A stretch of 64,000 nucleotides of DNA. Origin: Pseudomonadota bacterium (GTDB taxonomy: Bacteria; Pseudomonadota; Alphaproteobacteria; UBA2136; UBA6156). Position numbers and translations under genes: made by a program. Shown one piece after another: positions 26,637-35,997 of this stretch. Each line of letters opens with the position of its first letter. Position 1 is the stretch's first letter. The notes beneath the pieces are model-generated. The model was not told the origin of the DNA. It saw nothing but the letters and a program-made list of their open reading frames with translations, and made no database searches. The stretch is from assembly GCA_016125035.1 (NCBI GenBank), contig WGMN01000001.1, forward strand, positions 193,526-257,525, given 5' to 3'.

Positions 26637-27899
26637 ATGAACAGGGTGTGGGGAACAACCAAGGCAAGCGGGCGGTTTTTGGTGCGTCATGGCCGGGTTT
26701 TTTGGTTGCTTGGAGGCCTTTTGCTGGGCATGGCCATTAACATTATGCCGATGATCATGATGATGATGGCCGGCTTTGGCGGCGGCGGTGGCGGGTTTGG
26801 CAACTTCCCCACCTCGGTGGAAGTGGCCATGGCCGAGAAGACCACCTTGGACGACAGCGCCAGCGTGGCCGGAAGCCTGCAGGCCGAAGAAGGTGTGGTG
26901 ATGAAGAGCGAAGTGGCGGCGATGGTGGAAGCCTTGCCGCTGGAGCAAGGTGAGATGGTTAAAAAAGGCACCATATTGGTGGTGCTGGACGACAAGACCA
27001 CCAGCGCCAACCTGGCACAGGCCCGCGCCCAGGCCAATGTGGCACGCCGCGCCTTTGACCGCGTGAAGCAATTGCAGGGGATTGATAAGGCCTTGGTTTC
27101 GCAAAAAGATTACGACGCAGCCCTTTCCAACATGGAAGTTGCCGCCGCCGGGGTGAAGGTGGCCGAAGCCGCCTACGCCAAGACGCATATTGCCGCGCCC
27201 TTTGACGGCACGGTGGGCCTGCGCCAGGTGAGCGTAGGTGAGTATGTGCAGGTTGGCCAGCCGCTGGTGAGCCTGCAATCGCTGGGGGATTTGAAGGTGG
27301 ACTTTAGCTTGCCCGAGCGTTACGCCACCGGCATGAGCCCCGGCCAGGACGTGATGCTGAGCGTGGACGCGCTGGGCGGCGAAAAGGTTTCTGCCAGCAT
27401 CGTGGCGGTGGACCCGCTGGTGAGCGAAGACACCCGCAACGTGGCGGTGCGCGCGCGCCTGGATGACGAGAACGGCAAATTGCGCCCGGGCATGTTTGTG
27501 CGCGTGGCAGCCACGCTGGACCACGTGCAGGATGCGATAACCGTGCCCGAAGAGGCGATTGTGCCTGAAGGCGACAGCAAGTTTGTTTATAAGATAGTAA
27601 ACAGCCAGGCAGTGAAGACACCCGTTGAATTGGGCATGCGCAGCCACGGCGACGTGCAGGTGACCAAAGGCCTGCGCGCCGGCGAGGTGGTGGTGATTGG
27701 CGGGCAAATGAAACTGCACGACGGCGGCAAGGTGGTGGCCACCAACATGACGCTGACCAGCAGCACCACGCCGGTGAGCGACACCGTGCCGGACACGGCG
27801 ACGATCAGCGACACGCGCGCGCCGGGGGTGGAGGTGGCTGCGCCTTCCTCCACCGAAGTGCCGACGGGTGAGGTGTCATCCACCGAGGACCAGGAATAA
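26637..27899 (+). CDS. RND efflux membrane fusion protein (periplasmic adaptor) with a Ser/Thr-rich C-terminal tail.
   Basis: It has an HlyD/AcrA-like biotinyl-lipoyl and beta-barrel pattern, including LDFSLPE and MFVRV. The C-terminus is TSSTTPVSDTVPDTATISDT...STEDQE. Confidence 0.85.
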   Translation: MNRVWGTTKASGRFLVRHGRVFWLLGGLLLGMAINIMPMIMMMMAGFGGGGGGFGNFPTSVEVAMAEKTTLDDSASVAGSLQAEEGVVMKSEVAAMVEALPLEQGEMVKKGTILVVLDDKTTSANLAQARAQANVARRAFDRVKQLQGIDKALVSQKDYDAALSNMEVAAAGVKVAEAAYAKTHIAAPFDGTVGLRQVSVGEYVQVGQPLVSLQSLGDLKVDFSLPERYATGMSPGQDVMLSVDALGGEKVSASIVAVDPLVSEDTRNVAVRARLDDENGKLRPGMFVRVAATLDHVQDAITVPEEAIVPEGDSKFVYKIVNSQAVKTPVELGMRSHGDVQVTKGLRAGEVVVIGGQMKLHDGGKVVATNMTLTSSTTPVSDTVPDTATISDTRAPGVEVAAPSSTEVPTGEVSSTEDQE

Positions 27900-27908
27900 G
27901 CCGCCCCC

Positions 27909-30900
27909 ATGAACCTGACAGAGCTTTTTGTACGGCGCCCGGTGCTGGCCACCGTGGTGAACCTGGTGCTGGTGCTGATTGGTGTGGTGGCCTTTAACCG
28001 GCTGACGGTGAGGGAGTACCCCAATATTGACGTGCCGACGGTGACGGTGCAGACCGACTACCGCGGCGCGCCGGCCAGTGTGGTGGAGACGCAGATCACC
28101 AAGCCGCTGGAAGACCAGATCTCTGGCATTGAGGGCATTGACTATATGACCTCGATTTCCCGCGCGGAGCAATCGCAGATTACCGTAGCCTTCCGCCTGA
28201 CGCGCGATGCCGACCAGGCCGCCAGCGACGTGCGTGACAAGGTAAGCCGCGCGCTGCAAACCCTGCCAGACGAAGCCGACGCGCCGGTGGTGGCCAAGAC
28301 CGAGGCTGATGCGCAGCCGATCATCTGGCTGGCGCTTTCTTCCACCAAAAAAGACCTGATGGTGGTATCTGACTATGCGGCGCGGACGGTGAAGGACAGG
28401 TTGCAGACGTTGCCCGGTGTTTCATCGGTGCGCATCTTCGGTGAGCGCAAGCCTTCCATGCGCATTTGGCTGGACCCGGAGAAAATGGCCGCGCGCCGCG
28501 TGACCACGCAGGACGTGGAGAATGCCCTTTCCGCACAGAACGTGGATATTCCTGCCGGGCGGGTGGAATCGACCTATCGTGAATTTACCGTGCGCAGCGA
28601 AACCGACACCAACACCCCCGAGCAGTTCCGCAACATTGTGGTGAGCAAGCAGGGAGACAGCCTGGTGCGCATCGGCGATGTGGCGCGGGTGGAGATTGCG
28701 CCGGAAGACGAACGCAGCTTTACGCGCTTTAACGGCATCAACTCCATCGGCATCGGTATCATCAAGCAATCCACCGCTAACCCGGTGGAAGTGAGCGCGG
28801 CGCTGCAGAAGGTGCTGCCGGATATCCAAGCCAACATGCCCGACGGGATGAAAATCCAGGTGGCGTATGACTCGTCCATCTTCATTAAATCGGCGATTCA
28901 TGCGGTTTACAAAACCATCACCGAGGCAGTGGTGTTGGTGGCGATTGTGATCTTCCTGTTCCTGGGTTCGTTCCGCGCGACGTTGATCCCGGTGATTACC
29001 ATCCCGATCTCGCTCATCGGCAGCTTTGCGATGATTTCCGCCATGGGATTTTCCATCAACACGCTGACGCTGCTGGCGCTGGTGCTGGCGATTGGCTTGG
29101 TGGTGGACGACGCGATTGTGGTGCTGGAGAATATCTTCCGCCACATGGAAGAAGGCATGAAGCCCTTTGCCGCGGCGATACGCGGCATTAAGGAAATTGC
29201 CTTTGCGGTGATTGCGATGACCCTGACGTTGGCCGCGGTGTTTGCGCCGTTGGCTTTTTCCACCGGGCAGACCGGCAAGTTGTTTACTGAATTTGCGTTG
29301 ACGCTGGCGGGGACGGTGTTGATTTCCGGCTTCATCGCGTTGACTCTCTCCCCCATGATGTGCAGCAAATTGCTGCGCACCCGCGAAGGAGGCACAACTG
29401 AAAAACTGCGCGGCTGGATTGACCATACCTTTGCCAAAATTTCCAACGGTTATAAAGAGCGCTTGGAATGGAGTCTGGAAAAGCGTGGCCTGGTGCTATT
29501 TGTGGCGGCGGTGGTGGCCCTGGGCATGGGAGTGTTGTTCTGGGCGTTGCCGAGCGAGCTTTCTCCCACCGAGGACCGTGGGGTGTTCTTTACCGTGATG
29601 ATGGCGCCGGAGGGTTCTACCCCCGAATACCTGGACAAGTATGCGCGGCAAGCCGAAGCGGTGCTGGACAGCATCCCGCAGGAATCATGGCGCTTTATTG
29701 CGGTGGGCTTCCCCATTTCCACGCAGGCGTTCTCGGCCATTGGGCTAAAGCCATGGGATGAGCGCAGTGTGAGCCAGATGAGTGTGGTACAGGGCATCTT
29801 CCCCAAGTTGTTTGGCATACCCGGCATTATGGCGTTTGCGATTAACCCGCCCTCGCTGGGTGCGCGCTTTACCAGCAAGCCGCTGGAGCTGGTGATACAA
29901 ACCAATGGTACCTATGCTGACCTGAACAACATTGTTGAAGAGGTGATGAAGCGCGCCGGAGAAAACACCAACCTGATTAACCTGGACAGCGACCTGAAGC
30001 TGAACAAGCCCGAGCTGCGCGTGGCCTTGCAGCGCGATAAAATGGCAGACATGGGCGTGGGGGTGGACACCCTTGGCCGCACGTTGGAAACCACGTTGGG
30101 TGGCCGCCAGGTGACGCGTTATAAAGACGGCGGAGAACAATACGATGTGATGGTGCAGGTGGCCCGCGACAAGCGCGCAGAACCCACCGACATTGACGGC
30201 ATTGCCGTGCGCGCCGCCAACGGCCAGATGGTGCAGCTGGGTAACCTGGTGGACCTGCACGAAGGTGTGGCGCCGCGCGAGTTGAACCACTTCAACAAAC
30301 TGCGTGCGGCGACTATCAGTGCCAGCCTGAAGCCCGGTTATGCGCTGGGTGATGCCTTGCAGTACATGCAAAAGCTGGTGAAGGACGTAGGCAAGGACAA
30401 AGTACAAATTGAGTACGGCGGACAAACCCGCGAGTATATTGAAAGCGGCAGCGCGATGCTGGCGATGTTTGGGCTGGCGCTGGTGTTTATCTTTTTGGTT
30501 CTGGCCGCGCAGTTTGAGAGCTTTGTTACGCCGGTGACGATTATGCTGGCGGTGCCGCTGGCGATGTTTGGCGCCATGTTTACCCTGCGCATTACCGGCG
30601 GGACGATGAACGTTTACAGCCAGATTGGGTTGTTGACGCTGGTGGGGTTGATTACCAAGCACGGGATTATGCTGGTGGAATTCGCCAACGTGCAGCGCGA
30701 GGAAGGCAAGGACGTTTTTGAGGCGATTAAAAACGCCTGCATGTTGCGTCTGCGGCCAATTTTGATGACCACCGCCGCCACCGTGCTGGGTGCCGTGCCG
30801 CTGGCGCTGGCGCATGGCGCCGGAGCCGAGAGCCGCCAGCAGATCGGCTGGGTGATTGTGGGCGGGATGACGGTGGGGACGTTGCTGACGCTGTTTGTGA

Positions 30901-31001
30901 TACCGACGATTTACACCCTGCTGGCACGCTATGCCAGCGTGCACCACGACGATGACGTGGCACCCGCGCCGGCAGTGAATAAGAAAGGACGCAAAGCATG
31001 A
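27909..31001 (+). CDS. RND multidrug efflux permease (HAE1, AcrB/MexB family).
   Basis: The protein is 1030 aa with a 12-TM plus two-large-loop architecture. It has the conserved AcrB motifs, including the TM4 VVDDAIVVLENI. Confidence 0.95.
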   Translation: MNLTELFVRRPVLATVVNLVLVLIGVVAFNRLTVREYPNIDVPTVTVQTDYRGAPASVVETQITKPLEDQISGIEGIDYMTSISRAEQSQITVAFRLTRDADQAASDVRDKVSRALQTLPDEADAPVVAKTEADAQPIIWLALSSTKKDLMVVSDYAARTVKDRLQTLPGVSSVRIFGERKPSMRIWLDPEKMAARRVTTQDVENALSAQNVDIPAGRVESTYREFTVRSETDTNTPEQFRNIVVSKQGDSLVRIGDVARVEIAPEDERSFTRFNGINSIGIGIIKQSTANPVEVSAALQKVLPDIQANMPDGMKIQVAYDSSIFIKSAIHAVYKTITEAVVLVAIVIFLFLGSFRATLIPVITIPISLIGSFAMISAMGFSINTLTLLALVLAIGLVVDDAIVVLENIFRHMEEGMKPFAAAIRGIKEIAFAVIAMTLTLAAVFAPLAFSTGQTGKLFTEFALTLAGTVLISGFIALTLSPMMCSKLLRTREGGTTEKLRGWIDHTFAKISNGYKERLEWSLEKRGLVLFVAAVVALGMGVLFWALPSELSPTEDRGVFFTVMMAPEGSTPEYLDKYARQAEAVLDSIPQESWRFIAVGFPISTQAFSAIGLKPWDERSVSQMSVVQGIFPKLFGIPGIMAFAINPPSLGARFTSKPLELVIQTNGTYADLNNIVEEVMKRAGENTNLINLDSDLKLNKPELRVALQRDKMADMGVGVDTLGRTLETTLGGRQVTRYKDGGEQYDVMVQVARDKRAEPTDIDGIAVRAANGQMVQLGNLVDLHEGVAPRELNHFNKLRAATISASLKPGYALGDALQYMQKLVKDVGKDKVQIEYGGQTREYIESGSAMLAMFGLALVFIFLVLAAQFESFVTPVTIMLAVPLAMFGAMFTLRITGGTMNVYSQIGLLTLVGLITKHGIMLVEFANVQREEGKDVFEAIKNACMLRLRPILMTTAATVLGAVPLALAHGAGAESRQQIGWVIVGGMTVGTLLTLFVIPTIYTLLARYASVHHDDDVAPAPAVNKKGRKA

Positions 31002-32437
31002 GCATGGCCGCACGGCTTTTGGCGATAGTGGGTGCCTTGGCACTGGCAGGATGCTCGGCAGGGCCGGATTTTAAACTGCCGCGTTTTGACCTGGGCAGCC
31101 ACTGGTTGCACGGGGATACCCAACAGCAACCGGTGATGGTTGGCAACGACTGGTGGACCCGCCTTGGCGACCCGGTGCTAAATGACCTGGTGGCACGTGC
31201 GTTGGAACAAAGCCCCAGCCTGAAAGTGGCCGAAGCGCGGGTGGTGCAGGCACGGGCACAGCGCCGTGCTGCGCTGGCCGGCTTTTTGCCAACCGTGAGT
31301 GCCGATGGCAACGCGCAGTATGCCGAGCGCAGCGAGAACACCAGCACCTATGCGGGTGGAAACCGCCAAGGAAATTTGTTTACCGCCGGGTTTGACGCCA
31401 GCTGGGAGCTGGATATTTTTGGCGGGCAACGCCGCACCGCAGAAGCGGCCAAGGCCGAGTTGGCCGCAAGCCATGCTGACCTGGACGATGCGCGGATGAC
31501 ACTGGCCGCCGATGTGGTTGCCACTTACATGGATTACCGCCTGGCCGAACAGCGCGAAATGTTGGCTGCCGCCAACGTGCAGACACAAGAGCGCACGGTG
31601 AGCCTGACAGAGGTGCGCTACCAAGTAGGAGACGTGAACGGCCTGGACCGCGCGCAGGCCGAAGCACAAATGGCCGCAACACGTGCGCAATTGCCGCTGA
31701 TGCGCCAAATGAAAGAGCTGGCACGCGGCACGCTGGCCGTGCTGGTGAATGCGGTGCCGACGACTTTTGTGGTTTCTGACACCATGGCCACAGCCTCTGC
31801 CACCGTGCCGGACGTTTACGCCGGCCTGCCCAGCACCTTGATTGAACGCCGCCCGGATGTGCGTGCCGCCGAAGAACGCCTGCATGCCGCCACGGCGCGG
31901 ATCGGCGAAGCCGAAGCGCTGCGCCTGCCAACCTTTTCGCTGACTGCGGCGGCAGGTACCCAAAGCAGCCAGTTGACCAATTTGCTGGCCAACGGCAGCG
32001 GTTTTTGGAACCTGACCCCCGCCGGGGCACTGGTGTTGTTTGACGGTGGCGCGCGCCGTGCCGAAGTGGCCCTGCGCAAAGGAGAAGAACAGGAAGCCGC
32101 CGCCACTTACCGCTACACAGTGCTGGATGCATTACGTGACGTAGAGAGCAAGCTGGTGAACCTGCATGAGGACAGGCTGCGGCTGGATGACCTGCAGCTG
32201 GCCGCGGCGAGCAGCGATAAGTCATTCAACCTGGCGCATATTTTATATCAGCAGGGAGAACAGAACCTGTTGCCAGTGTTGCAAGCGCAGGGCAGCGTGT
32301 TTAGCGCCCAGGACCAATACGCCCAGGCCCAAGCCCAGGTGGTGAAAGACTGGGTGGCGCTGATTAAGGCCCTGGGGGGTGGTTACGCCAGCAGCACCGT
32401 AGGCGTGGTAAGTGCCACGGTGGTTGGCCCGCAATAG
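30998..32437 (+). CDS. Outer-membrane efflux lipoprotein (NodT/OprM family).
   Basis: A lipobox LALAGC is present. It has the two-repeat OEP architecture. Its start overlaps the RND pump stop (ATGA). Confidence 0.9.
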   Translation: MSMAARLLAIVGALALAGCSAGPDFKLPRFDLGSHWLHGDTQQQPVMVGNDWWTRLGDPVLNDLVARALEQSPSLKVAEARVVQARAQRRAALAGFLPTVSADGNAQYAERSENTSTYAGGNRQGNLFTAGFDASWELDIFGGQRRTAEAAKAELAASHADLDDARMTLAADVVATYMDYRLAEQREMLAAANVQTQERTVSLTEVRYQVGDVNGLDRAQAEAQMAATRAQLPLMRQMKELARGTLAVLVNAVPTTFVVSDTMATASATVPDVYAGLPSTLIERRPDVRAAEERLHAATARIGEAEALRLPTFSLTAAAGTQSSQLTNLLANGSGFWNLTPAGALVLFDGGARRAEVALRKGEEQEAAATYRYTVLDALRDVESKLVNLHEDRLRLDDLQLAAASSDKSFNLAHILYQQGEQNLLPVLQAQGSVFSAQDQYAQAQAQVVKDWVALIKALGGGYASSTVGVVSATVVGPQ

Positions 32438-32507
32438 GCACAGGGGCAACCCCACAGTAAACATTTTAGGCGCGGGATATTGCTGAAGAGCGGCATTGTG
32501 AGCTAGG

Positions 32508-33548
32508 GTGCGGCGAAATCGGAAAATAATGACGAAGCCCCTGATGAAACGATTCGCCACCCTGGCCACCCTGCTGGTGACCGCCCTGACCGGAACCTTG
32601 CTGGCCCTTCCCGCGCTGGCCAACTCCATCCACCCCGGAGGCTTCCCCACGCCGGTGGGCCCCGTGGCTGAGGAAATTGGCGCGCTGTATAACATCATCT
32701 TCGTTATCATTGCGGTGGTGATGGTGATTGTGGCGGTGCCGGTGCTTTACATTTTGTGGCGCTTCCGCCGCACCAAGGTGGCCAAGCCCGCGACCTTCAG
32801 CCACAACCTTGGTCTGGAGCTGCTGTGGACGATCATCCCCGCGCTTATTTGTATTTACATTGCGGTGGCCAGCTACTTTGCGATGGTGAAACTGCGCACC
32901 ATGCCCGACCACGCGCTGAACGTGGAAGTGGTAGCTTACCAATTCGGGTGGGACTTTTTCTACCCCGATGCCAGCGAGAACGGTGTGCACGTGGCAGCCG
33001 CCGAACCCACCACCGACGACCCCGAGGTGAGCCTGCCCGGTGCGGCGCGCCAGACCAAAGAGCTGGTGGTCCCCGTAGGCCGCCCGGTGGTGGTGCATGT
33101 CACCTCCAGCGATGTGATCCACTCCTTCTTCGTGCCCCACCTGGGAGTGAAGATCGACGCCATACCGGGGCGTATCAACTACACCTGGTTCCAGGCAGAC
33201 AAAGCTGGCGATTATCTGGGCCAGTGCGCCGAACTTTGCGGCCAAGCGCACGGTGAGATGTTCTTCCGCGTAAAGGCTGTGCCCGAAGACCAGTTTGAAG
33301 CCTACATGGCCGAGCGCCGAGTGGCGGCGGGACTGCCCGCGCAACCCGCCAAGGTGCCAGATGCCAACGCCGGGCCGGTTGACGTGGTTTCCGCCACCGC
33401 GGTGGCCGCCGCCGTGGCCAGCAGCACAGGAGTGATCAGCTCGACCAGCCTGGTGAGCCCCACCCCGCTGCAAAACCCCGGCCCCGGCAGCCTGACCAGC
33501 AACACCACGCTGGGCAACGGCCTGCCCGGGGCGCCACACGCCAAATAA
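32508..33548 (+). CDS. coxB: Cytochrome c oxidase subunit II (CuA) with a long Ala/Ser/Thr/Pro-rich C-terminal extension.
   Basis: It has a signal/TM region and the CuA ligand cluster H...CAELCGQAHGEM. The C-terminal tail of about 70 aa is low-complexity. Confidence 0.9.
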   Translation: MRRNRKIMTKPLMKRFATLATLLVTALTGTLLALPALANSIHPGGFPTPVGPVAEEIGALYNIIFVIIAVVMVIVAVPVLYILWRFRRTKVAKPATFSHNLGLELLWTIIPALICIYIAVASYFAMVKLRTMPDHALNVEVVAYQFGWDFFYPDASENGVHVAAAEPTTDDPEVSLPGAARQTKELVVPVGRPVVVHVTSSDVIHSFFVPHLGVKIDAIPGRINYTWFQADKAGDYLGQCAELCGQAHGEMFFRVKAVPEDQFEAYMAERRVAAGLPAQPAKVPDANAGPVDVVSATAVAAAVASSTGVISSTSLVSPTPLQNPGPGSLTSNTTLGNGLPGAPHAK

Positions 33549-33549
33549 C

Positions 33550-34230
33550 TTAAAGACGTAAGAGAGCAAGGGCCGCGGCGACGGCGGTATCCACGCGCAG
33601 GATGGTCGGCCCTAGCGAAAAAGGCACGATATGCGGATGAGATGAGAGAAGCGCGACCTCTTCCGCCGAGAAGCCGCCCTCTGGCCCGATGAGCACGGTG
33701 GATGCGGGGGGGCGGGAAGGTTGCGCGTCGTGACGCTCGTACGCCCAGGCGCATGGCGTACTGAGCTTTTCTAGAAATATATCGAGCGGTTGAAGTGCGT
33801 TAAGGGTAGGCAGGATGAGGCGCTCGGACTGTTCGGCGGCTTCCACCAATTGGGCGTGGGCACGCTCGGCATTGAGGTGTGCCACCTGGGTGAAGGCTGT
33901 TTTAAGCGGAGTGATGGTGGTGACGCCAAGCTCGGTCGCCTGGCGCAGGGAGGTCTCCCAGGCATCTTTTTTAGGTAAGGCTAGCGCGAGGTGCAAAGCA
34001 GGCAAGGCAGTTTGCGCCCGCAACTGCTTGCCAAGTTGGGCGCTGCGGCATTTGGTCTCGGTAAGCGTGGCCTCGAACAGGCCGTCCTCTCCGTTAAACA
34101 AAGCGATGGTGGCGCCTTCGCCCAGGCGCAGTACGCGGTGCAGGCGGTGAGAGAGTTCCTCGGGCAGCTTGAGTGCACGGCCGGGGCCGAGTGCTTCGGC
34201 CAGGTAGAAGCGGCGCAAGGGGCCGGGCAT
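33550..34230 (-). CDS. rsmE: 16S rRNA (uracil1498-N3)-methyltransferase.
   Basis: It has a PUA-like N-terminus and the LIGPEGGFSAEEV motif. The internal start MPGPLRRFYL was chosen. Confidence 0.75.
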   Translation of the reverse strand: MPGPLRRFYLAEALGPGRALKLPEELSHRLHRVLRLGEGATIALFNGEDGLFEATLTETKCRSAQLGKQLRAQTALPALHLALALPKKDAWETSLRQATELGVTTITPLKTAFTQVAHLNAERAHAQLVEAAEQSERLILPTLNALQPLDIFLEKLSTPCAWAYERHDAQPSRPPASTVLIGPEGGFSAEEVALLSSHPHIVPFSLGPTILRVDTAVAAALALLRL

Positions 34231-34237
34231 GGCAGGG

Positions 34238-35218
34238 CTAGGCGTGGTCGTAGGCTTCGGCCGGGCTGGCCAGGCGCGGGCCGAGGCTGAGCACCACCGC
34301 GCGGCCCAGCTGATGGCCGTGGGCCAGCGCCAGGTTAGGGCTGCCGCCGTTGAGGAAACTGTGCAGGAAGCCGGCGGCGAAGGCATCGCCCGCGCCGGAG
34401 AGATCGGTCGGTTTGGGAATGGGTTGGGTGGGGCTATCCACCACCTTGCCGTCTCCGCTGTAGTAAGCCGCGCCTTCTCCGCTGCGGGTAATAACGCGGG
34501 GCGTGGACTCCATACGTTTGGCGGTATGGGCATCGGCGCTATCTATAAGGTGCTGCCATTCGGCGGTGTGACCAATGACAAGTGGATGGTAAGTGCTGAT
34601 GAGATCGACCAGCGTGCTGGCTGCTGCCTGCACCGCACGTGAAGACGCCAGTGAGAGAATGATGCGGGCCCCCGCGCCGTGCGCCACCTTGGCGGCGTAC
34701 TCACACGCGGCGGGGTGGGTGCCGCAGGCATAGGCACCGAGAATAAGGTTGGCGGATTGCTCGATAAAGCTGTCGTCGACCCAGGAATCGTCGGTGCTGG
34801 GCATGGGAGGCGCGCTTTGCACCATGGTGCGGTTGCCATCGGGCGTGAGCAGGGTAAACACCTCGGTGGTGCGGTAGCCCTGGTTGGGCGGCGTAACGGT
34901 GACGCCGGCGCTGACCATGTCGGCAGTGAAATGGCGGCCGGTGGGATCGGCACCGATGAGACCAAGGAAGCACACGCGGCTGCCCAGGCGCGCCAGAGTA
35001 TAAGCTGTGTTGGCCGCGCTGCCTCCGGAGCGGAATTGCTCCACGGTGATGGCCGCGGAAAGCTCTAGCATCGCGCCGTGGCTGAGTGTGTTGCTGTCGG
35101 ACTTGTGGAGGTCGAATTTTTTTAGCAGGGCTTCGTCGACGTGGGCGATGGCGTCGATGACCGCGTTGCCGATGACGGCGAATTGGAAAAGCTTTGCAGG
35201 GCCAGTGGCTTCAGTCAT
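34238..35218 (-). CDS. PfkB-family carbohydrate/nucleoside kinase (ribokinase- or adenosine-kinase-like).
   Basis: The N-terminal GG-dipeptide region is AVIGNAVID. The C-terminal motif is DLSGAGDAFAAGFL. Confidence 0.75.
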   Translation of the reverse strand: MTEATGPAKLFQFAVIGNAVIDAIAHVDEALLKKFDLHKSDSNTLSHGAMLELSAAITVEQFRSGGSAANTAYTLARLGSRVCFLGLIGADPTGRHFTADMVSAGVTVTPPNQGYRTTEVFTLLTPDGNRTMVQSAPPMPSTDDSWVDDSFIEQSANLILGAYACGTHPAACEYAAKVAHGAGARIILSLASSRAVQAAASTLVDLISTYHPLVIGHTAEWQHLIDSADAHTAKRMESTPRVITRSGEGAAYYSGDGKVVDSPTQPIPKPTDLSGAGDAFAAGFLHSFLNGGSPNLALAHGHQLGRAVVLSLGPRLASPAEAYDHA

Positions 35219-35988
35219 GGGCGGATTGTGGCGGGTAAGGAATGAGTTGTCTAGGAAGAGGTGCAAAAAGGGCTGCAAAAGGCGGCGATGAGCGGCAAAA
35301 AAACGGCTGGGCAAAGCTCCGCCCCACCATGGGGCCCCTGAAGATGTGTTATTATGTTGCCGTTTGGCACTTTAAATGTGAGGGTGGGCCTCATCGCGTT
35401 CGGTTCGCATAAAAAAATGATCTGGTCGCTTTCAGGCCGGCTTTGCCAGGCGGCAAAGTGAGACAGCGGGCGCAACGCCCTTGTGAGAGGCCGGGAGACG
35501 GCCGGGAAAATGCTTCAGGTGAGTCTGGGTCTGGTGGTTAAATGCTTAAGATCACACGTAAAATCAGGTAAAATGATTGTTGTTATGTTTCTGAGATTTA
35601 CATCTCGGGAAACAGCATGACGGGGCTGAAAAGCTTTGGCAAGGGCCCCTTTTAACGGCAAAACGCTGCTGTGGTGCGCAAGGCACGGCTGCGGCTGCCG
35701 CAAAGGCTGTGAAACCATGTTATTTTGTATTCGACCTGCATACCAAATAGGCAGGTCGGACAGCTGCTTCAAAGCTGAGCAAACCGGATAACTTCATTAT
35801 GAAATCGTGTGTTATGCGAACATCCTCGTTTTTACGTTCAGGGACACCCCAGAAGGGTGGCAGAGGGGGTCCCGGAGGGCCTTGAGAGGCTTTTTGCGTG
35901 GAACAAAGGCTATGTGAGTATTTGTTTACTTATATCTCCTTTGCCGCCAAAATCAGCGGTATTGGCGCGATGGGCGGCTTAAGGTAGG
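35219..35988. other. A 770-bp region without convincing ORFs and with lower GC. It may be a long 5' leader or an ncRNA-containing region upstream of the GT4 gene.
   Basis: The ORF track has only short, low-complexity candidates here. The region has several stem-loop-capable GC-rich segments and AT-rich stretches. Confidence 0.4.
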
Positions 35989-35997
35989 GTGTGGGCC

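Noticed and set aside
35219-35988. RNase P RNA, tmRNA or SRP RNA in the 770-bp gap.
   Set aside because: Hallmark motifs were searched by eye and not found. These were GGAAAGTCCGG and ACAGAAAGTGCCACAG for RNase P, a 3' TCCACCA with an ANDENYALAA tag frame for tmRNA, and the GGAAGCAGCC SRP domain IV.
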